A DNA stretch of 62,779 nucleotides, filler included, from Choristocarpus tenellus KU-1152 (GCA_964200185.2; 10 parts of 10 records of this genome joined end to end with filler, not necessarily neighbours in it); one strand, 5' to 3'. Shown: positions 1 to 14,250, counted from the first letter of the whole stretch. The notes: generated by a model from the sequence alone, not told the origin. Numbers and translations: made by a program.

Positions 1-25
1 TCTTGAGACCGTTTTCGCAAAACAA

Positions 26-70
26 CCATCCTCATAGTCCCGCTCCATCCTCAATTTTGCGAATCCCCTG
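26..70 (-). mobile_element. PIF/Harbinger-type terminal inverted repeat (element end)
   Basis: Reverse complement CAGGGGATTCGCAAAATTGAGGATGGAGC abuts TTA (71-73); related to the ends at 1090, 15674 and 35219. Confidence 0.6.
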
Positions 71-1020
71 TTAGATGTGAATAGTTTTCATTGGGTTTTT
101 TTGGAAAATATCCGAGGAATAATAATATAATTACCTAAGTAGTCTTTTTCGGTTTAATTGATGGATCGGTATGACTAGAAAAGAACCCTTTGAGGGAATA
201 TTTGGAATTACTTCTACCATTGGAGATAAATTCAATTCAATATGTCAGAATAATATCAAAAAGTTTGTCTCTTTAAAAATCCTTCTATTTGCTTTAAAAA
301 CTGTGTAATGAGAGGAAACATATGAGAGTAATAGGGAACAGGTAATGAAATAGTAAGTTGTGTAGTATGATGGAGTGTGATGAGAAGTATTAGTAGGTGA
401 TGGAGAATGAAGTGGACGAAGGGGTTGAACACAAGGTTAGGAGGGACCTCAAGTGGTCCACTCTACAACAAAGAACATCTTACACTTCCATTTAACCCGA
501 CCATCTGACCGACATGATCACCACCATATCAGGTCTAATCATACACACACAATAAGGGGAAAAGTCTGTAGGAACAGCACATGCATTTATGGTTCTAGCG
601 GGGGTTGTTTGTCTCAAACACACAAAACAAAGATTCTGTCCCTGTCTTCACTCTCCCATTCAATGTCGTCTCTCCACTACACAACATGAAAAAAGTGACT
701 CATCTGCGATCAAGATCAGGAAGAGGGTCACGGTTTTGTCTAGATGGGTTTTCTCATACCACAAAGAAAAAAGCCCCATCCATGAGGGGTACTGCGAAAG
801 TTTTTGGGGCACTCTTTTCAGTGTTTGGAACCATCTTCGGGGTGAGCCCACAACGAATATTACATGTAATCCTGAAACTTCATATATTAAGTGTATATCA
901 TTATGAACTCTTAACGTTTTATAAAAGCGCTATTTAAACGTTCTTGGGATTCTGCCCTCACACCTTCCAAAACATAGTCATAGGAGAGTGTCCATATTTA
1001 AAACGAATATATCGACACTT

Positions 1021-1090
1021 TATCCCAGTCAATTTTGGGTCAAGCCCATCCTCAATGAAAAGCTCCATCCTCAATTTTTGAAATCGGCTG
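1021..1090 (-). mobile_element. PIF/Harbinger-type terminal inverted repeat (element end)
   Basis: Reverse complement CAGCCGATTTCAAAAATTGAGGATGGAGCTTTTCATTGAGGATGGGCTTGACCC, flanked by TTA (1091-1093); near-identical to 15674-15738 and to the sequence upstream of the transposase at 35219. Confidence 0.7.
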
Positions 1091-2029
1091 TTATATGCCT
1101 CACATATTTGTTGGGTCATATCCTGACACAACTGAGATTCAAACCCATTTCACACATCGCTTATATTTCCTTGGAAATTTAGCTTGGATAAATTAGTGGG
1201 AAGTAATTCCGAAGGTACACTGTACCCTACTAACCTGCACTAAATCACAGAAGAAATGAACACCAAATAGTGGACCATGGTGGTGAAGATACGTCACGGA
1301 CAGAGGGAGTAGGCAACTGATTCGAGGGAGGATGAAGAACGACGGGGAGTGGGACGGCTGAAATCACGCGCGAGAAAAAAACTAGGCATGCGCGGACCAG
1401 TGTAAGTGGTTGCAGTGCAACAAACAGGTAGTTTGGAGGTTAGAAGAAACAGTGCTGGGCACGAGTCAAGGGACTAGGCAGAGCAAGGGGAGAAGTATCA
1501 GACAAAAGATGAGCAAAGGCTGTGGAGCCATACTTCGTATTGAAGTCGTATAGCATGAAAATTATTGATTCATTGTAGGGAACTGTCTCCCAATTGGACC
1601 TCGTGTATAGTTCAGCTTCTTTTAAATAAGCGCAATCTTTTGCAAGTGAGTACTCTTGTATAAAATCTTCTGTAGCCTAGATTTGGTCTTTTCGCTCGCA
1701 TGACACGTGTGCAAAATGTCACAGGGGATATTAATAGATACACTAACTAGTATGTGGTATTGGAAGGAAAAGACCAAAATCTGCGCCACAATTGTTTCTA
1801 TACAAGAATTATATTGAAATAATGACTATATTAATAATAAGAATAACAACACTAATTATTACGTTAATAACAATATCACCATCACATAGTCTGAGGAATC
1901 CCAGATCATGGTCGACAAGGTAGTTGAAAGGAGCTAATACATACTGCTTGAGAAAAGACAAACAAGGACCATAAAAGAAAACAAAAAAGAGAAGAAATAG
2001 AACATAGACCTTGTAGGAAAGCATCACAT

Positions 2030-2420
2030 TCAGCAGGCAGTGATGGTGGTGGTGTTGGTGGCTTGGGCGATCTTAGCTTCTGCTTTGGTGTGACGTACAT
2101 TAGCTATCAAAGTCTCCTCGGAATGCCACTCGGCCATGAAGCCTATTGTACCATTAGCTACCCACTCACTCATATCACTGGAGTAGTGACGCTGGTGCTC
2201 CAACCCTCAGCTGCGATCCCAAACTTCTGAAGGTCGTCTTGGAGGCATGTCCACCAATTCTTCTTCTATCCACCCTGTTTCCTTTTTCCAGTTGCAAGCT
2301 TCCCAAACATCAGTAAGAGGGGTGGTCGCTAGCAAAAGATTTGTCAAAAATAGTAAACTGAACGGTACATGAGGCCCCTTGGGAGATTGTTCCTCATCTA
2401 CGAACCAATGGTCATACAAC
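2030..2420 (-). mobile_element. Degenerate 3' end of an RTE-like non-LTR retrotransposon
   Basis: Translates to ...EWVANGTIGFMAEWHSEETLIANVRHTKAEAK...; homologous to 6560-6910; stops and frameshifts. Confidence 0.55.
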
Positions 2421-4005
2421 TATGACTCCAGCCTAGCCTTATGAACATGAACGAGGACCAAGGGAAGAATCTCAAGAGTCTTTTCCACTGTCTTGGAAAT
2501 CAGCTTTCATTATGGCAGTATGAATTTACTCTGAACGGCACAAGTAATTCCACATGTATTTGTCCACAGTTTTTTCTTGGTCATACCGTATCACCGACAG
2601 AACTGAAAACACGAAGTTCTTGTGTTGCATTTTTGTTCTATGTTTTTTTCTTTGTGATACCGACATTTGAGCTGCTAATATGACCCTAGCTGCAGCTTCT
2701 TCGATGGATCGGACAAACCAGGGAGGTGCCGAAGCCTAACCCAATCGCTGGAAAACACCTCCCTGTTCTTTCCGATTAATGAAAAATATATCGCGAGAGT
2801 AACGAACAACACCGATATCGATAGTTGTTGATGATTCATAATAAAATTGTGATTGGGTAAAGTCATGCATCTCGATGATACAACACACCACAGCAACAAA
2901 ACATTACACGTATATGATTCAATAGCAAAACACTGATCCTTCAACTTCAATCTTCAACCCCTCCTTCCCACTTCATTGACTGGTTTTGTGTTGATGCTAA
3001 TTTTGTTGACCTCTTCAGAGATAACATACTCAATTTCATGTAGGATGTAGGCCAGCCAACCATCTCTTGTTTTGTATTGATCAAAAAACATACATTATAG
3101 AGTTTTCTACTAAATATTTGGGAAATTTAGTCCTATTATTACGCGTACTACAGAGTACTTTTAAATATTGTTCTTGTTGGCCGTAAGAGGAAGATGGCAT
3201 GCTTGCGTGAGATAAACCCTTGCATTTTCTACTGTCTTGAAATAACGTGGTATAATATATATATCTCCCTGGAATATATGTATTATGTATTGAAATTGGA
3301 TGTGGTCCTCCATGTTGGGGAGACAAGATCCTCACGTCCCATACAATCGATTATAAATATAGTAGAACTACTATAGAGAATATTCTACGCAGTAATGAGT
3401 GATCCCCGCCCCATCCCCAGCACCACCCCTAATACACTACCCTGTCATGTTTATATAAACAAATATCCTACTCCAGCACCCATCCGTGTGTTTTGGGTCA
3501 ATCTTAAATTGCGATGGGTCCTGCCTTGTATGTATGAAAAGCTCCTGTGAGAAATAATTTATTTGAGGTTGCAGTACTTAAGGTTAGCATCTCAACTGTT
3601 TGGCAAGAGGTATCAGCATAATGAGGACTTCCATCGAGTGAACACAAACTCGGTTCCAAGTCTCTGGTCTTCATTTATCCTGTTCGTGCGAGAAAATCTC
3701 CACTCAATGCACAAATGCACGCAGCAAGGTGATGCACACCTTGACCACCCTTACAATTTTTTTTACTGGTGTTGTTTTTGTGTGGTTTTTCATACCCGAC
3801 TGCAAACAAGTCGCTGTGTTAGGAATGAATGCATCGCCTTGTGCTTTTTATGCTCCTTCTTCTCTTCTTGTGATATATCCTTTTCCGCTATGTCATCAAG
3901 CTCTTACAGGTTCTTCTCTGGCATGTGCTTAATCCCGAGATCAGGTTCAGGATTTGGGCAAGTGAAGTTCTAGTGCTGAGTAAGACGTTGCGAACAATAA
4001 CGCTT

Positions 4006-4073
4006 GGGTCAAAGTATCTGGGGGGGGGGGGGTGGTGTGGGATGGGGCGTCCGTTTCGGTCCAAAAACCTTTT
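4006..4073 (+). mobile_element. MITE family B end, truncated by contig end
   Basis: GGGTCAAAGTATCT followed by poly-G, the family B terminus. Confidence 0.6.
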
Positions 4074-4173
4074 NNNNNNNNNNNNNNNNNNNNNNNNNNN
4101 NNNNNNNNNNNNNNNNNTTAATTAATTAANNNNNNNNNNNNNNNNNNNNNNNNNNNNNNNNNNNNNNNNNNNN
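4074..4173. other. Artificial contig linker N44-TTAATTAATTAA-N44. Identical linkers at 15739-15838, 20989-21088, 24447-24546, 27181-27280, 32066-32165, 45164-45263, 48196-48295 and 57093-57192
   Basis: The same 100-nt spacer, with stops in all six frames, occurs nine times; assembly/concatenation artefact. Confidence 0.98.
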
Positions 4174-4197
4174 TTTCTTTTTTTTTGTGGGTGGGGT

Positions 4198-4240
<43 letters not shown>

Positions 4241-4683
4241 CTGCACTGGTTGAATGAAGGCTGTCTTTCAATATTTGTGATAGACTATGATGTACTAAGG
4301 TATGCGACTATGTGATGCAGTGCCTTTGTTGTGTCTGGTCTCTTTGGTCTATGGACTTTGTGCAAAGATTGCAAATAAGATGAGTCTTTTTTTTTGTACT
4401 TGAGCAGACTACTGTTGCGGTTTGGTGTTGGAAAATGGCAAGTAGCTTACTATCATTAGTGCTACAGAGGCTATCAATTATCTTTGATGTTTCATACATG
4501 CATTGGTGCTTTGCTTGATTGTTGGGTGCGTGACCTACACGCTTGCTCTTGTGCTCAAACAAAATAAAAATAAAATTATTTTGTTGGGGGTGGAGAGAAT
4601 ACAGGGCAGAGCCAAAATCAAACTGGCTCGAGTGGCAGGACATTAAGAAACCTGTGCGTTCCTAATCCCTGTTGAATCGCCAG

Positions 4684-6045
4684 ATACATTGCTGAACACT
4701 TGTCTGCTGAATAGAGTTGTCTTGAAAGCTGCACGCATAAATCCAAAAATAGTGCGTGGTGCTATTCTGGTCGTAGAGCTCTACCCTGCTGTGATGTAAG
4801 GCACAATATGAGCTCCTCCACCTCCTCACTACTTATTATCATTAACACCCCCTCACTCATTTACAGAGAGTGTGCATGTGTGGTCTAGGAGGGAGAGCAA
4901 TATGCCAACGGGGGGCATTGCTTTAAAGTGTAGTAGGGCAGGTGTGAGGACAGGAGGGGCAAACACAAAGGAGAGCAACACATATATTACAACAGATCAT
5001 TCCTGTATACAGGCTGCACTCAAAATCCATTTTGTAGCAAATGAATCCTTGTTCTTACTATTAGGTTTTATTTGAAAATGTTCTGCGTGGTGAGCGTTTT
5101 CCAAAGCGGTTACGTCTTAGGTCTGTGTTTCATGCAAATTTGATATTGATGTTTCACCCTGGGGCCCTGCAGTTTTCCGTTTCTTCCTATTTGTTTGCTT
5201 CCATGTGAAAACAGAGACTCCTTTTTTCAGGGTCAGTTGAATACGTCAGGGATGAAGGACTTCTAATGGTATCAATGTCTGGTGAACTTGCAGGTAAGCA
5301 GGAAAAGAACTGGCAGATGTAACTCCAAGACAACCTTGGGGGAAGTTTGTGATTGTAGTTAAGAGATAGGAACACAACAAGGGCATCTGACATTGTCCCG
5401 ATAGTGTTGACACCACAATAAGCTTCGTGGCAGAGTGTCATCGCAAGGAAGTTGAGATAGCTGAGGTACGCCATGCAGAAGGAGTTGCTGAGGCAGCCTA
5501 AGCAAATTAGGGCACATTCACACTCAATGTTATGTCCTGGATGCTACTTTCTAAACTTCTCTTCTTGGGGGTTGATTAATCTTCTTTCCTCTGTGTGGCA
5601 TGTGATGTTTTGATTGGATGGATGTGGTCTGACCATAATTTTTTTTCTAATTCTCCCCTTTTTTTTCATAGCAACTGGCAACGTGTGGCGATGCTATTAA
5701 CAATGTTGTAGTATCCCAAGTATCAGGTGGGTACAGTGGATTGCACCCTCTTCTTGGGTTTCTCTTTCCTTACCAACACACTGAATTCATTCTATTTTTA
5801 TTTTTTTTCATAAGTTTGATTCTTTGTATTTTTTTATCTCGCTGTGTGGATGATGAATGGGAATAGGTTGGGAAATATATACCCATCTGGTGGTATGTAT
5901 TGTATGTGAAAGGTACTTGTGAAAAGAAATATATGAACCACAGTACATTGAAGTAATTTTTCAACTGGATTATCTTCTTAGAGACATGAAAGATGTGCGA
6001 TATGTGAAGTCAACCGGGAAAAGTGCACTAACATTGAATGATGTA
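4684..6045 (+). CDS. Possible multi-exon gene fragment, product unknown
   Basis: AG/GT-bounded open segments at 4684-4795, 5065-5089 plus 5231-5293 (splice in frame to VLFENVLRGSVEYVRDEGLLMVSMSGELA) and 5672-5726. Not all phases could be reconciled and no recognisable motif. Confidence 0.3.
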
Positions 6046-6559
6046 TCAACTATGTGCCCACCTCCAACAGTTGACATTCCTTCTGCCCTTCTGTCTCCAC
6101 GCTCCTTCACAGTCTTCTTTTCCACCAGACCTGTCCTCCCCAGCTTGTCGAGATGTACGTTTCAGAACGTTTAGATTGCTCAAACTTGGAGAACCATCTC
6201 AAATGCATAGTAGTATGTAGAATTATTTAGACTATTATTGGAATGGATGGCTATCATTGGTGCAGGAGCAATCCCTGGATACTAGCTTCACCATTGTTTC
6301 ATTTAAAATTTTGCCTTCTAACTTCTCCTAAATATTTCTTCACGTCCAAAGCTCACCAAAAAAAAAAACTGTTCTAAGATGAGCCCTAAAGTGCAAAGCC
6401 TAAGACATGCATGTCCTTAGACTAATTGCAGAGGATAGTTTTAATTGCACAAGGACAGCCTTTGGGGGTTGAAGTGATAGCGGTTTGAGGTTTTGCCCGC
6501 GTTTCTTAGATGCACTATTATTGGCATCCACAACTGACATACAATTGCCGAGGCAATAG

Positions 6560-6910
6560 TGCCCAAGCGAAGATTCCTATTTTCTGGACCAGTTGCTCGC
6601 ACAGGAGATGAGCACCTCCCTATGATATTTATGTTTTGGGAGCTTTCGATTATTGGGCAAAGAAAGCAAGGTGGTTAGGAGAAGAACTGGTGGACATGGT
6701 TCCAAGGCGAATCTGAGAAAATTGGGATTAAACCCGAGGGTTGGAGCACAAGGGTCACTAAAAAAGATGAGCGGTAGAAGTATGCGGTTAACTGCACAAC
6801 AAGGTTCATGGCCAAATGATATTCCAAGGAACCTATATGCTATTGTACGTCACACAAAACCAGCTGGTAAGGTCGCCCAAGACACCGACACCACCACCAA
6901 CGGTACTCTC
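6560..6910 (+). mobile_element. Degenerate 3' end of an RTE-like non-LTR retrotransposon
   Basis: KRRFLFSGPVARTGDEHLPMIFMFWELSIIGQRKQGG*EKNWWTW resembles the RTE post-RT region (RRL.+.GHV.RM...RLPK.+++GEL..G.R..GG); T-rich sequence follows. Confidence 0.65.
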
Positions 6911-9044
6911 TGCCGAATAATGTGTTCTTATTTTGTTCTCTTTTTAATATGTTTTCTTAAATTCATTGTTTATTCTTCCTTCTTCTCTTCCCCTTTCGTA
7001 TTTTTTTTTATGGGAGTGATGATGTTTTTTCTCACTGGGGGAATTTATTTTTTATTCCTTTTTTTGCTTTTGTTCTTTTCTCTTTCTGTTCTTTTGTTCC
7101 ACTGCTTTATTTTTCTTCTTATGATCCCTAGCACTTTTTCTTACTAAGCATTTTCTCTTCCCGTCTTTGCACCACGTTTTCAACCACAGGTCTGGGATCC
7201 CTCTAATTCTCATAATACTACTACTAATTACTACTAATTAATACTTTCCTGTAGAAGTTGACTATAGCAGAATAGAGCCAGTCTAATGTCGTTGGTGCAT
7301 CCTTGATCGACCAACGGGTAGATGGGTGGGGTGAATCTATGATCTATTTCCCACAATACCATTTCAGTGGGAGACTTTGTTTGGGAAAACTTGCCTTCCT
7401 TTGCTTCCACCCTATGGCACACATGGAGCAGACGAGAGTTGTTGAGGGAAGAGCTACGCCTGGGTCAAATGGGTGGGCTGTGCTGTGGGGGTCTGTGCTA
7501 TATCTCTGTACAAAATTAATGATCAAGCTAAGTGTGCATGTGTAGTCGAGGTGTCTGTACGTGATATTGACCTTCAGAGTGGCCAACGTTAGGAAATTCT
7601 GTACTAATTATTTTACTATTAATATGAAAAAATGGCATCACACGCCAGGACCCTGCCAATAAAAAAAGCACGAAAAAATCCCTTCAGCATTATTTTTAGT
7701 GTTGTGGCTAACCATCCCCTCAACAGAGTTGAACAGGAAATTGTTGGACTACTGCTTTTACAGATGGCCATAGGTGGAAGGGGAGGGGGGAGGCATCTGG
7801 TGTCTACCGATGGTTACAAATATTTACCGTTTTGTGTCGTCTACGGATTACTAAAAATTAAATTATACTTCGAAGTAAAGCATTGTCTTATCCCTCAAAT
7901 AGTGTACAATATTATTTATAATGTTATTCAGAACCCTTTTTAGTGAGTAGGCGCAACAATCCTCTGTGTGTGACAGTACCTTTACTCTAAGGAACCATCA
8001 TTCTTAAACCGAGTGCATGTCAGATTGTCACGTTCTCTACAAAATCCAACTATCTTTGCATGCTGTTAGAACGATTGTCATGATGCAGATACTCCTCGCA
8101 TTAAGAAAAAAGTTGCTGAAGTAATATAGGGACAAAGTCCTACTACTGTAGACAAGACAATAATAGGTAGGTGTTAATTTGTCGTGGCAAGTCGTCCTTG
8201 CCTATCAATTTCTTTATCATCTACTGTATGGGAGGCCTCTCTGTTCTGACCCACGCTGGGTTACTGGTTTGCCAATTGGTGGCATTAAAATGTCAACAGG
8301 GTCTTCTTCACGAGGAACAAGTTCATGGCCACCCCCCACTCCGATCGTCTTGTGAGAGGATACCATTTCATTATTAGTGAGAGGAGACTACGTCACTCTT
8401 TATTGTGTTCTGAGGCGAAGTAAACTAGAGGTAACCAGAGTTTGATCGTTTTGCATTTCAAGCCAGTTTTACACATTCTGCCATTCACCCATATTTCTAC
8501 TCATCTTGAATTGAGAATTTTTATTTCTCAATTGATTGAAACTTTTCCGAAGCAATTTAGAAAATATCCTGTACGTATTTGTAAGAAAAGTCTAATTTTG
8601 TACCTATTTGTCAGCATCCTTAAAAATTCAACACTGGGTACCTCTCATTTACTTTTACTCTCTGAGGGGTGCTAATGATATTATTATTGTATACGTGAAA
8701 GATGGGGTTGAGGTATGTTGGACCAGATTTGAGAGCCTCACAGTAGCATGCTTATCAATGCCGATTGTGATTGGCTGTGATAGTCAGAACAGAAAAAAAA
8801 ATCAATCCCAAGTTCTGCTCCTTTTATCCACCGTTCATGTCGGGGTCACTGTGAGCATGTAGTGCATCTGACTCACACCATAGCACCTTCACCAGCCTTA
8901 ACCAGAAAAGGTGGCGCACGTAATAAATATCCCTCCGCATTGTGTCTCGTATCAATTTGTGGACATCCCATAATGAAACCTGTCCCTGATAATTTTCAAA
9001 TTATCCAAAGATATTTTCCTATATGCACTCAACACGCAAAACAC

Positions 9045-9110
9045 CTACTACTGTTGTTGCTGCTACTGCTGCTGCTCCTCCTCCTACTACTACTACTACT
9101 GCTGTTGTAC
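9045..9110 (+). repeat. Compound trinucleotide microsatellite (CTA/CTG/TTG/CTC)
   Basis: Seen directly; explains the poly-Leu ORF. Confidence 0.9.
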
Positions 9111-9349
9111 TATAACAGTAAATGACACCCTACCACAAGGTAGGCGGTCCAGCCTTTTGTTTTGTTCATGAATTCTGGATTATTAATAATTTTTATTTAT
9201 TTGCATTCCACCCATTCTACTCCCCCCTCATTGTAACACCACTTGTGACCAAGCAGTGTGACCCCTCCGTCACTGACTTACAGCCACCAGACTATTCCGT
9301 GACCAACCAGTGCGAATCCCCTTTGCCACTGATTTCTAGTCACCAGGAC

Positions 9350-9520
9350 TTTCCACTCCACCACACCATTCAACACCACTCAACCCCACCACACTTTCCA
9401 CCACTTTCCACTCCACCCCACTGTTCAACACCACTCAACATCACAACACTTTCCACTCCACCGCACCATTCAACACCACTCTCCACCACAATACCTTCCA
9501 CTCCACCACACCACTCAATG
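9350..9520 (+). repeat. Degenerate C/A-rich tandem repeat (CCACTCCACCACACC-like)
   Basis: Repeated ttccactccaccacacc / ttcaacaccactc units. Confidence 0.75.
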
Positions 9521-12500
9521 TAACTCTACAATCATCCAAGAACACCCCTTCATCATCCACTTCAATACCGTGCCTTTCAACTAGAAGACATCTACCCCGC
9601 TTGAACTTGACCTTGTCTCCCCTGTTCCCCAGCATCCCAGTCGGTCGTAAGCAATCGAAAGCGTGGGAGGGTGGTAAAGATTGCTCAGAGGTTGCCTTGA
9701 TCTAGCCCTGCTTGTCCTGTCCCACCAACCTCAAGGCTCCCTTAAGTTCTGATCTATCCCTTCCTGCCTCGTGGTTCCACCTACCTCCCATTTCTTTTAA
9801 CTTCTCTCCTGCCTCTTCTGCCTCTTAGCCACCCAGTACTTGACTCTTCGTCCACCTCATTATTTTCTTGTTTACCCTACTACTCATCATTCCCCTCCCC
9901 ATACGTCATTCCTCCCAGAATTTTCCCACCCCAAAACTCAGATTACTTCATAAACTTCCTGTTTTGTGTCGTTGAACCACATGATAAGAGACAGTAGTAG
10001 TAGAACGAAGACAACAAACATCAATACATTAGTGTTACAACAGAAGAAATAGTAGAACTGATTGAAGTGTGTTTAAATAATCAAACCTATTTTCCGTAAA
10101 AAGTTTATTTTGGAAATAGTTTCAAATCCTCATAATAAAATTACAGCAATAGGCCATTCAAGAGCCATCAAAATTCAACATATTTCCCTAATTCTACACT
10201 ATTGTTTCACATTTTGGGGTAATCGTTCCTTCATTCTTCTTTGGAGTCGATCCTCTACTTCTCGGTCCCGCTGCTCCTCTGGTTGGTACGTGTTCAGATC
10301 GCCATTCGTCATCCAAGGACATAGGATTCCCTTAGACTGGCCAGGATGCCTCCAAAAGCCAAGAAGAGGTGCGAGGTTTTGCATGATGAAGTCCACTTCT
10401 CGGGCTACATTTGGTGGCGTACACTTTTGCGCGTAATCTAGCCTACCTGGGTCCAACCAGATCTTCGAAGTGTAATCAAATCATCAAGTCCAAGTTTTCC
10501 TGTCATCACAACTATTCCACTCAGTCTCCGACTACTAAAAAAGTCATGTCGCCTGCTCTATCTCAAACTCTGCACTACGAACGAGAATTGAAACCTATTT
10601 CATCGCCCACAGTCAAGAGCGTTCAATCAAAACATGGCCCATAGTATCCCAGTGGGGGGTTCAGACGTCCATTCGGGATTCTTTCAGCCCTGTAGTGATT
10701 TTCATGTCATACGCATGAACGTGTCAGATATAGGGGCAGTTTCCTTCATCTGCATGCACCTTCCTTTTCCATCCGTCTGCCTCGACCAAATCCAAAGCAA
10801 AATCACCAGCAAGTGGAAATCAAACTGGGGTGTTTTACAATGCACCGCCAAGCCCCCGAATGGATTCCCTAAACTAAATCTCCCAAAAATCTAGGGTACT
10901 ATGGACCCAAGAACAACACGACACCATCTTCACGTCTCCCCAGACACGTAGAGAGCGTTCGTATTCCTTTGAAAGGGAAGAGTCGAAACGGTGCACGCGT
11001 TTCTTCTGTATGTCGCGGTTTCTCCTTTTAACCACACGGTTCAAATGGTACCGAACACGCGTCAACCTTTCCACAAGGACCTCAACCTTTCTCCATATTT
11101 ATAGTAAATGGACTGGCATTCTTTTTTAATCTGTCGCAGACTCAACGATGTTCGAGATTGGGTTAGGGAAAGTTGAAGGGTCAGATTTTGGATTGGAATT
11201 AGGGTCGTGGTTTCAATTTGAATCGGAACAACGTTTCAATCCCTACTTGTCCTTACACTCGCCTCTACGACGAACGACTCTGTCATATCTTCTATTGCTC
11301 ATCTCTCCTGCTTCAGGTCCACACACTATGATCAATCTAGAAATTTTGGAGGTACGTATATTGCTTCTCTTGCCTCTTCTCACCACCCACATTCCTTGAG
11401 ACTGCTCATACCCCACACCTATCCAACCAGAATTTTATTTTGATTCATTCCACTGCAATTAAACTGAACAGGATACCCCTCTCAGTTGGCTTGACCGAAC
11501 GCAATGTGCATGGAAAGACTCCAGTAACAAACACCCCCTTCAATACTTTACTCTTCTCCCCTGCCGTTTCCCTTCAGTTTAGTTGGGAAGATGAGATTGT
11601 TTGATGGAAAGAGAAACAACTCATCATGCCACTCAGACCAGAAACACCCAAATACCTACAGAGTTGCCCTGGAGGTATGGGACAATTGCAGTGTCGAACT
11701 GCCTTCCAAGACAGTCCACCTACACGACAAAACTAAAGGGATGCATACCCTTGACAAAGAGACCAACAAGAGGAAATGCCATCCAGATGCCAACTGTGAA
11801 GAACACAAACAGAGGTAAACATGTATAAACGTTGCCATTTGCACTAGCTTGAAAGAACCTGAAAATAGTTCATCCTTTATATATGTGTACCGACACACTT
11901 TCCCTCGCAGCACTCATCCTCCCTCCTTCGCCGTCGGGTATTTTCGTTCAGGAATCAAATCGGGACAGATGAAGAAGTTTTTAAGGCTTTTAGGAAGGCT
12001 TTCACTGAGCAGGGCTTGACAGGACCACTCCCGTGCAAGTCAACCTTCCTCAAATGGAGGAAGTTCTATATAAAGAAAGGCCGTATACCAAAGCAGGTAG
12101 CTGTAAAAGGGCAATGCAGCTAGTCAGCCCTATGAGGATGTTTTTTGATGGGTCCGTAAAAGCACCATAGGGATTTTGGGAGGGTTGGGGGTGCAGGGCT
12201 CACTTGGCCAGAAATATTTGAAAGGACTGGGCCAGGTCCCAGTTTTCAGGTTGGACCAGACCGTACCCTTTGCTCATGAGTTAGAATTCAACATAGGATA
12301 TTTATTTATAGAGAGGCTCTCCCCTTTTTTTTCCAGACTTTGATACACTCAAATTTGAAATTTGAACAGAATAAAAAATATCCAAGGACAAACAAAGCTG
12401 CTTTTTTATTTCTTTTGGGGGGGGTTATGATAAAGGTTTGGATATGTTTCGGTAAACACGATTTTTTTTGTATAGTGCAGGTCGGTAATGCCTCAAAGTA

Positions 12501-12719
12501 CGATAGAGGTGCTACTGAGCACCAAAGCCTTCCAAATAGTGCTTGAGATTTGCTACAGGTTGTTACGGGGCAATCCTTCTGTGCGTGTGTATACGGTAGT
12601 GGTCTCAGTTACTGGTGGACTTTTGAGATGTATCTAATGTGGGGTTTTCGATGTGTGTTGTAGAGGTGTTCCTCTGGAATTTTTATACACAGGTTGGAGG
12701 ATTCATGCTAGGGTACCAA

Positions 12720-12947
12720 GCAAGAATAGTTAGCATTGGCGGAACTGGATGAGTTGGCTGCGTGTGTGGTAGGGGGGAGAGGGGCGGGAAGTTATAGCAA
12801 GAAAGGAGCTGTCATATCCTGTTTATTACAGATAGTGCTTGTCACTACACAAGTGGCTCTATCAAGACATGTCATGCATTTTAAGCTGGAGACACCAGGG
12901 AGATGGGCAAGGAGGAGCCTGTCAGATTCTTGGGATGCTTCCCTAGT
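12720..12947 (+). mobile_element. 3' fragment of a CRE-like (REL-endonuclease) non-LTR retrotransposon
   Basis: ELDELAACVVGGRG...LLQIVLVTTQVALSRHV; homologous to 15535-15670 and 39725-40035. Confidence 0.6.
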
Positions 12948-14067
12948 TGTTGAGACCCATTGATCCGGTCCATGGGCCGGACAGGTTTGAACATTTTCTG
13001 ACGTGTACCTACTAGGTCTAAAAAGGTACTGGAACCTATCTGCCTGGTCCACAGGTCAGGTACAAATATTTTTTGACGTGTATGGACCATGCCAATCTCT
13101 GATTGGCATTGAGACCAGCCTGTGGGGCCAGGGTTTGGTCGAGATGAGAACATGCTCTGTATGAGGACTAGGTGGCCTGCATACACAATCTTTTTCTACC
13201 AGAATGGGACTTTTAAATTTTCAAATTTGAAGAGCATTTCACTGACTGATTAGATGGTAACAAAATATTTTTATCAGACGCTTTTTGGCATGAGGGGGTT
13301 TAACACTGTTGGAATGGTATTTTGCATCCGTGCATCCTCTGTGTTGCACTGTTAGGACCCTGGAAAAGAGAATGTCCTTATCCACCAACACTGTGGTCAA
13401 TCAAGTTGCTCCTTGTGTCGCCTGTGTATGTGGCGTACTGGCTCTATCTCCCTGCATGTCGCCTGTCTATGGTCTTCTCCCTTACCAAATAGTAGTTGCA
13501 ATGATGTGGGTAGCAGTATCAGTAGAAGGTAGTGGTGCTTCTTTCTCCCGATATATGATATTTTCAAAATGCCAGTGGGTGCAGAATTGCCGTTTTGAAT
13601 TGCAGCAATGGGAAGATTCAATCGGACCGATTCGTAATATGTTAAAGAAATGTTCTGTAGTGCTATTCGCAATATACAAATTTGTTGTACATTTCGTTGT
13701 TTTCATATTTTAAAGTACCAGGAGCCGCACCCCAGCTCACCACAAGGCCTCACTGGAGAAGTCAGAATGAGCGGAAGTCGATTAATTCAAGCTAGAAAGA
13801 TGCCTTAACTGTAGAGTGGATGATAGGAGAGGCTGTTTAAGTAGTCCACTCAATGATCAGTGGCAACAAAGAGACCCATCCTTTCCATGCTGAGCCAAAA
13901 TCTTTTGGCAATTCCTGCTTCTCAAGTAGAACTAGAAGTGTGCTCTCCTCCTCATCTGGGAGAAGTATTGCTACAGGAAAATGATACACCCTAATATGCT
14001 CAACTGCACCAATGTGCAGCTCCTCGTCTTGTTGTGCAGCATCTGGGTAATGATGAAGGTGGCTGAA

Positions 14068-14250
14068 GGCTCCAAGTATGTGGGGGTGGGGGTGGCAGCG
14101 GTCCATTTGGGGCCCATTTTTCCATGTCGCGATTTCTGCGTGATTTGGTTGCATGCGTCGGATGGATAGTGTAAGTGCACTTTTCTTGGTCAGGGCCTGA
14201 ATAGACACCTTGGTGTAGGCCCCCCCCCCCCCCCCCCCATACCCTTCCCC
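14068..14250 (+). mobile_element. MITE family B copy (degenerate)
   Basis: Aligns by eye with 44151-44331; G-tract and C-tract subterminal. Confidence 0.75.

Noticed and set aside
4186-4239. Long poly-G run
   Set aside because: At a contig edge; length unreliable and possibly a sequencing artefact
8862-9523. Poly-Leu and Thr/Pro/His-rich ORFs
   Set aside because: Translations of microsatellite and low-complexity DNA
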